DNA of 46,399 nt from Cyanophora paradoxa CCMP329 (lineage: Eukaryota; Plantae; Glaucophyta). The stretch is taken from positions 1 through 46,399 of the forward strand of contig QPMI01000110.1 in assembly GCA_004431415.1 (NCBI GenBank). The letters are read 5' to 3'. The translations under genes were made by a program, and so were the position numbers. The notes below the pieces were generated by a model. The model ran no database searches, was not told where the DNA came from, and saw nothing but the letters and a program-made list of their open reading frames with translations. Position 1 is the stretch's first letter. Every line of letters starts with the position of its first letter. This document shows, piece after piece, positions 40,844-46,399 of the stretch.

Positions 40844-43800
40844 TTACATAAGCAGCTTGCCGATCGCGGTCCAGTGAATGAAAAGCTGGACAATTTGGGT
40901 GGGTGTGACCGTCATTCTGGGCTGGAATCTCACTTTAACTGTAAAGCCAGTATGACTCACCGCCGTGACGTTGGTCCCGTAGAAATCGACATCCGTGCTG
41001 CCGCCAGGATTGATGTCGAACGAGGGGGTTACGTTAATAACCGGCGTCGGGTTTGCTGGGGTCCCCAATCCGCCTCCAGTGTCGTACGCCTGTCCGAATG
41101 TAATGTTGAACGTCACCGTGTATGTTGAATTGATGTTAAACTCCGTGTACGCAGCGTACGAGTGGAAGGACGTGCCGTGCGTTATGTACGCATCCATGTT
41201 CACGTTTCTGTGCCCGTGGCCGGTGAGCGAGTACTCTGCGTGACTGTGCGTAGAGGGGGGGAAGGTGAGAGGCTTCCCCGTAACTTGAGTTTCCCAGTCC
41301 ACGTTGTGGCTGTGAGTCGAGGGGGGGAAGGTGGCTGGCCTGCCCGTAACTTGGGTTTCCCAGTCCACGGTGATGTTCGACAAGTCGGGGGCCGTCCAGT
41401 CGCTGATTTCGGAGAGGGTGTGCCTGTGACTGGCGTGGGGGTATGTACTCGGCTTCCCCGTGATGCTATCCCACGCCCACGTCGTTGGCTTTCCGCTCAG
41501 ATCCGCATAAGCACCCGTGTGCGCCACCGTCGCCAGCCAGGGCTGCACGACGCCAACGGTGCTGACGGGCTGGTTGACGGGGTACTCGAGCAGCGATGCG
41601 TTCACTTCCGTTGGCTTCCCCTTCAGATCCGCGTACTCGCCGTATGGGCCACGGCCGCCAGCTGGGGCTGCACGACGCCCACGGTGCTGATGGCCTGGCT
41701 GGGCCCGAGGGCACGTGCCACTCGTAGTTCTGCGCCGCAAACACGGGCTGGCCGGGCGAGGGTGCCCAGTACTCGACGCCTTGGCCACCTCTTTCCTGTA
41801 CGGCGCCGCCGGCCTGTCCATCAATTTATCGACGTACGCCTTGGGTACCAGCCAGTTGGCCTTGGGACTCTGCGAATTAATCCGTTGTCTATGAAGGCCC
41901 CGTAATTCCTGAAGCCTCGGCCTCCCACCAATCCTGCATGCGGAAGGTACCCGGAATCTCGAGGCGCGAGTTGGCGTCGGCCAGGCGGGCCACCTGCGCC
42001 CTCCGTTCGACGAGACGCCGAGTGTCGGATGGCCGAGCCGAATTCGCGCCTTAGGGCCTCGATGTGATTGATCCTGTTGAGGCCTCCTGGTAGACGGCAA
42101 TTAACACGCGCTTCCTGTTCTTGGCCTCCGCCGTCACCATTTCCTTCAGATCCAGCATCACCTGCTTTAGGCCGATGTTCAGGGCCAGCAGCCCATCTGC
42201 ATTGTTTCCGTGAGCTGCGATAGGTAAAGCACCGTCGCGCGATCGATTTCGAGCAGAGTCTTCTGGTCCTTGGGGTACGGTAATCGTTGATTGCGTTGTC
42301 AAGCGCGTGGATGAACTTCTGCAGGCTTTCGGGCTGCTTTTGGTTTCCCGCATCCATCTTCAGCATTTCGATCTCCATGATGAGTCTCATTGCCCCGTTG
42401 TCGCCGCCCCTTCCGGTGAAAACGCCCATGGGGTTGTCGCCTAACTCACCCTCGATTCGCCGAATTCGCATCCTCAGTTGCTCGGCCTCGGAGCCAAAGG
42501 TCTCGATGCCCCACTCGACCATGTCCTGTGCGATCTTACCAATGAACTGAATCGTATCGGCCGCCCAGTTGATGGGGTACATAAAAAAGTTTTTGATGAT
42601 GGTACCCACGTCCCTCTTGTTCAGGATGTCCACGAAGACGCCGGCGATCATTCCTGCGAGAATCGACAGGCCCATGCCACCCACGAACCCGATTTTCATT
42701 CCGGGCTTCAGGAATTGGAGACGGAGGTGAGCCCCTGCTGAATGCCAAACGAGCCCACGGTCATGATCATGCTGTCGCGGAAGTTGTCCATGAACTGCGC
42801 TTGCGTGATCTGTCCGCTCTCCAGGGCTTGGTACGACGAGAAGCAGCCCGCCAGCGCCGTCAGCCGAGGCGGCCGCCCCGCCCCAGTCGTCTGCCGAACT
42901 CGAGCCCGTACCCCGAGCCCGGCGCCCACCAGGTCGATGCCCGCCCTGAAAGAGGTCGGCCATGCGAAGGGCATGCCGTCGTTGTTCGCCGTACCGCCGC
43001 CGAGAAGAGGGTCTCTGCGCTGAGGGCTCCTTTGCCACCCCGGCCGCCTTGCCCTCGGGCGCCCCAGGTAGGCGTCGCGCTGCTCTTTGGTGGTGAATCG
43101 CTCGAGGTCGAAATCGGCAAGGGCGTCGGCGGTGGCGCGTTCCAGTCGCCGTAGGCATGAGGCGTGCGCAGAATAACGTCCGAGTCGCCCATCACGCGCC
43201 TGTCGAGCGTCTGGAATACGCCCTCGGAGGGCAGGCGAGCTGTGCCCGGGCGCATTTCCTCCACGGAAACGTCGTCCCTCTCCGCGAGCGTGATATCGTC
43301 CGGGCTGGCCGAGCCCACGCCGCGCCCTCGTCGGCGTAGGCCCTTCCTCCTTTTTAACAGTTGATTGGCCTCCCGTTTCAATGCTTGGTACTCTGTCTCT
43401 ACCTTGGTCTTCTTGCCTCTTCCTCTGCCGCCTTGCGCTCTGCGATCTTCCGCCTCTGCTCTTCTATCTCGGCGTTGCGTCTCGCCGCGTCTCCTTGGCT
43501 TGCTGCTTCGCTCTTCGATCACCCTGTTTGCGTACTCCTTGTCCGCTTGGGCCTTTCTGTAGCGCTCCTCGATCTGACTCTTGGCCTCGTCTCCTCTCTT
43601 CTTAGATCGCCTATGAACGCCGTTGTATCTATGTAAAGCTTGTATTTGGCGGTGATGCTCACGTTTAAAGGCCTCCAGATCGCGCACCATGGCGTCGTAC
43701 TGTGCAAGCCCCTCGCTGGAATGACGGCTCTTCGCTTTTCCCAAAACTTGCTCAGCTCTCCACGTAATTGATCATGCCGACGTACGCGCTCTGTGCGCCG

Positions 43801-46120
43801 ATGCTCACCGTTTTCGGATTGGCTCGCAGCTCTGCCACAAACTTTCCCTTTTGCATCCGGTACAGTGACCATTCCAGGCTCCCCGCCATAGGCTCACTTC
43901 CGTCCGCAGTTCGCGGTGCATCTCCTCCACGTCGCCGTATGCTATCCAGATGGCATCGCTGATGGCCTCTGAACAGCCTGACGCTCAAAGTTTTTCCACT
44001 TCTCATCGGCCATCTTTCTCCTCAGTTCTTCGGCGTCTTTCTGACCCTTCCGTCAGCTGATCCATAACGTAGCTAAAGTCGCGCATGTTCTCTTCCATGG
44101 CGCGGACCCTGTCCCCTGATGCTTTTCCATCTGCGAGTTTTTTGAGCTCCGAGCGGTAAAAATCCATCTGCGCCCCCCTGAACGTCTCCATCGTCGCTTA
44201 CGCTCCGCTACCTTCGGCTCCTCCAGCCGTGCAAATTCCTCGTCTGATGCAGTTTGCATTGCCTTCAGTCGTTCCTTTCTGTCTTGGCAGCTGCCTCCTC
44301 GTCCGCCCTGCGCGCTGCTCTAACGCGTCGAAGAGGGCCCTCTGATCCTCGAGCGTGAGGCCAATGAGCTCTTCCACCTGGTCGCTCCTACCCAGCCGCG
44401 CGAAGGCAGCCTCTCGGCGGCCGGCCTCGGATCGGGCCTCGGCGTCGTCTGCGTCTCGCCGTCCCATGGCGAGCGTGCTCTGCGGTGGCCGCGTACTTGA
44501 GCAGCCTCTGTGCCAGCCCGTCCGCGTTGGCCTTGAATTTTTTCGACTGCTGGTCGCGCGCTCGGCGGCCTCCTTTAAATTTTTGATTTCCTCCCGGAGC
44601 CTGTTCGCCTCCTGCACCGCCCCCGTTTGCAGCTCTCCTGCCTTTCTCCTCGTTTCTCTTCCTCTTCCAGCAGCTGCCTTCTCGTTTCTGCCTCCTTTTC
44701 CAATTTCTTCTTCCTATCCTCGATCTCTTTCCTCTGCGCCTCAAGCAGCTCGGTGCCTGCGGTCAGCGCTTCAATTTCCTGCAGCTTTTTCGCCTTGCGG
44801 CTTCCCTTTGCTCGTTATCTCTTCAGCTCCTCCTCGGCATCGAGTATCATTTTTGTGCGCTCTTCCGCGACCTGGCGCTCTGCCGACCTTAGCGCCGTGA
44901 GGCGCTCTCTTCTTCCTTTGCGCGTCTGTCATCAGCTTGTTCGCTTCCGCCTTCTTCTCCGCGACCTCTGTCATTTCCTTGTCTTTCAGCTCGCTCCATT
45001 GCTTCTTTTCGTTCTCGAGTTTGTAGTACTCGCGCTGCGCGTCCTCGGTATCGAATTTAATGGGGGGTCTCGCGTTCAGCTCGTCGATTTGCCTCACGAA
45101 CCCCTTCCGATCCTTGTAGTATTGATGCCGCCTACGATGAGGCGCCCCCGAAGATGGCCGTTGAAGTGGCGAGGCTGCTACCTTATCCATGCCCTCCCCG
45201 CCTGAGCCGCCGCCACCCGAGCCGCTGCTGCCCCGCCCCCGCCCACTGGCGTGCCGCTGGAGCCCCCTCCGCCCCCGTGCCTGTACCCCCACCCCGTGCC
45301 TGTACCCCCACCCCGGTGCCTGTACCCCCACCCCCGTGCCTGTACCCCCACCTCCCGGCTTCCACCACCGTACCCCCACCCGGAATCGCACCCGGCACCT
45401 TGGGCCGCCGATGATGTCGTCGTACAGGTGGCGGTGCGCCCAGTCCGTGATGTCGCCTTCACGTGCGGGTGCTTGACGAGGCGTACCTCTCGTCGTGGAA
45501 GTGGTCCTTCAGCGCCCAGTTCTGCGTCTTCGCCAGTCCGAGCGATCGGGGAGCACGTCGGGCGCCGTCGGGATGCGGCCCCCGCCGTCGTCTCCGGCGT
45601 CTCGCCCGTCCTGTCGGCGCTCAGGGCGCGGATGTTGACTTGAAGTGGTCGAACCACGCGAAAAACTCCTCCCTGTCGCGCCTGTACTGCTCGGGCTCCA
45701 TGCTCGGCAGCGCCTGTCGGCTCCAGTAGATGTGGCGCAATGGGCCGCGATGCGCTCGAGGGCGTTGTACCCGGCTCACGTCCCCTCTGCGCCCTTTAGA
45801 GTCAGTTTTACGAGGTTGAGGGTGGCATCCTTTGCGGTGACGGAGTTTGCGATTTTCACGTCGGCCGCCCTCTTAATAATGTTCCAGTCCACGCCCGTCT
45901 CGGTCGTGACCCCCAGAGCCCTTGATAATTGCGGTGAGGTCCCGTAGTCGCCAGCGAGCCTATGGTCGTCAGGAAATCGTTGTACGTGGATCCCTCCGCA
46001 GCCGAATCTCGTCCGCGTAAATTCCCCTCACGCTCAGGCTCCGTCTATCGCGAAGGCGCCGTTCAGCACCTCGTCGGGATTCGGGATGGCCATGCGCCAG
46101 GGGTCTGCAAGCATCGACAT
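40844..46120 (-). CDS. Very large (~1700 aa if single) coiled-coil protein ending in phage tail-fibre repeats and an H-lectin/gp53-like tip; heavily frameshifted, may be two genes
   Basis: ATG 46120 follows TTTTTCTC. Long E/K/R coiled-coil segments, hydrophobic helices near 42600-42750, WETQVTGKP.TFPPSTHSH repeats, and terminal GFTVK...FIHWTAIGK. Confidence 0.5.
45274..45352. repeat. Four ~18-bp tandem units (CCCGTGCCTGTACCCCCA), coding GGGTGT-like linker on the minus strand
   Basis: Seen directly. Confidence 0.85.
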
Positions 46121-46146
46121 TTCTGTTCGCGAGAGAGAAAAATTAA

Positions 46147-46399
46147 CTAGCGCTTCCGCTCCCAGGTCCACTTCAGCTTGCCGCTCACCTCGCCCGTCGT
46201 CCACTGGCCCGCGGCACCTGCCAGAAAACGTCGGCGTAGGGGTAATCGGGCCTGACAACGATCTGCTCGTCGGCAGCCAGCGGTAGGCCTCGGAGGCGTC
46301 GCGTATTTTTCGGCTCCCAGTATTCCCCGCCCGTGCCGTTCGCAGCGAGTACCCCTCCCTTGCTACCCGTACCCTGTAGAAGTGCTCGCCCGTGAGCGT
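46147..46399 (-). CDS. 3' part of a small gene entering from the right edge
   Basis: ...IVVRPDYPYADVFWQ...GKLKWTWERKR* ends just before the next gene's motif. Confidence 0.4.

Larger units (their letters stand above)
1..46399. mobile_element. Small NCLDV-related dsDNA virus genome (Mriyaviricetes-like), probably endogenous or nuclear-episomal, near complete
   Basis: Co-occurrence of MCP, A32-like ATPase, VLTF3, RuvC, SSB, HUH endonuclease, SF2 helicase and PD-(D/E)XK exonuclease, with no polymerase seen. One upstream motif is shared across the window. Carries an LTR insertion and introns. Confidence 0.85.

Noticed and set aside
49-46120. Programmed frameshifting or wholesale pseudogenisation
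   Set aside because: The breaks I could examine are mostly 1-nt indels in homopolymer runs, differ between duplicated copies, and are not accompanied by obvious nonsense substitutions. Sequencing error is more parsimonious.
1-46399. Polinton, Polinton-like virus or virophage
   Set aside because: No pPolB, rve integrase, tyrosine recombinase or adenain protease seen. VLTF3, RuvC and an NCLDV-like MCP point elsewhere.

Overview
The whole window reads as one GC-rich, gene-dense genome of a small dsDNA virus of a eukaryote. It has Nucleocytoviricota-type hallmark genes but no DNA or RNA polymerase and no integrase. Recognisable genes include a double-jelly-roll-type major capsid protein, an A32-like packaging ATPase, a VLTF3-like late transcription factor, a RuvC-like resolvase, an NCLDV-type ssDNA-binding protein, an HUH rolling-circle endonuclease, a UL9-like SF2 helicase, a YqaJ/lambda-type exonuclease, an HNH nuclease and a block of fibre/receptor-binding genes. 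This gene set and the net size (~41 kb after removing inserts) fit the Mriyaviricetes (yaravirus / Pleurochrysis endemic virus-like) by my recall of that group. Superimposed on it are: a young non-autonomous LTR retroelement (343-bp LTRs, CCGG target duplication, empty site preserved nearby); a ~2.48-kb tandem duplication; three inverted-repeat/palindrome systems that are origin or terminus candidates; a conserved ATTTTC(T) motif upstream of most genes; GT-AG introns; and a protein with two RWD splicing-factor-ligand-like motifs. Many genes are broken by 1-nt indels in G/C runs, most likely long-read errors, so several gene models are reconstructed across frameshifts. All family assignments come from motif recognition by eye, not database searches.
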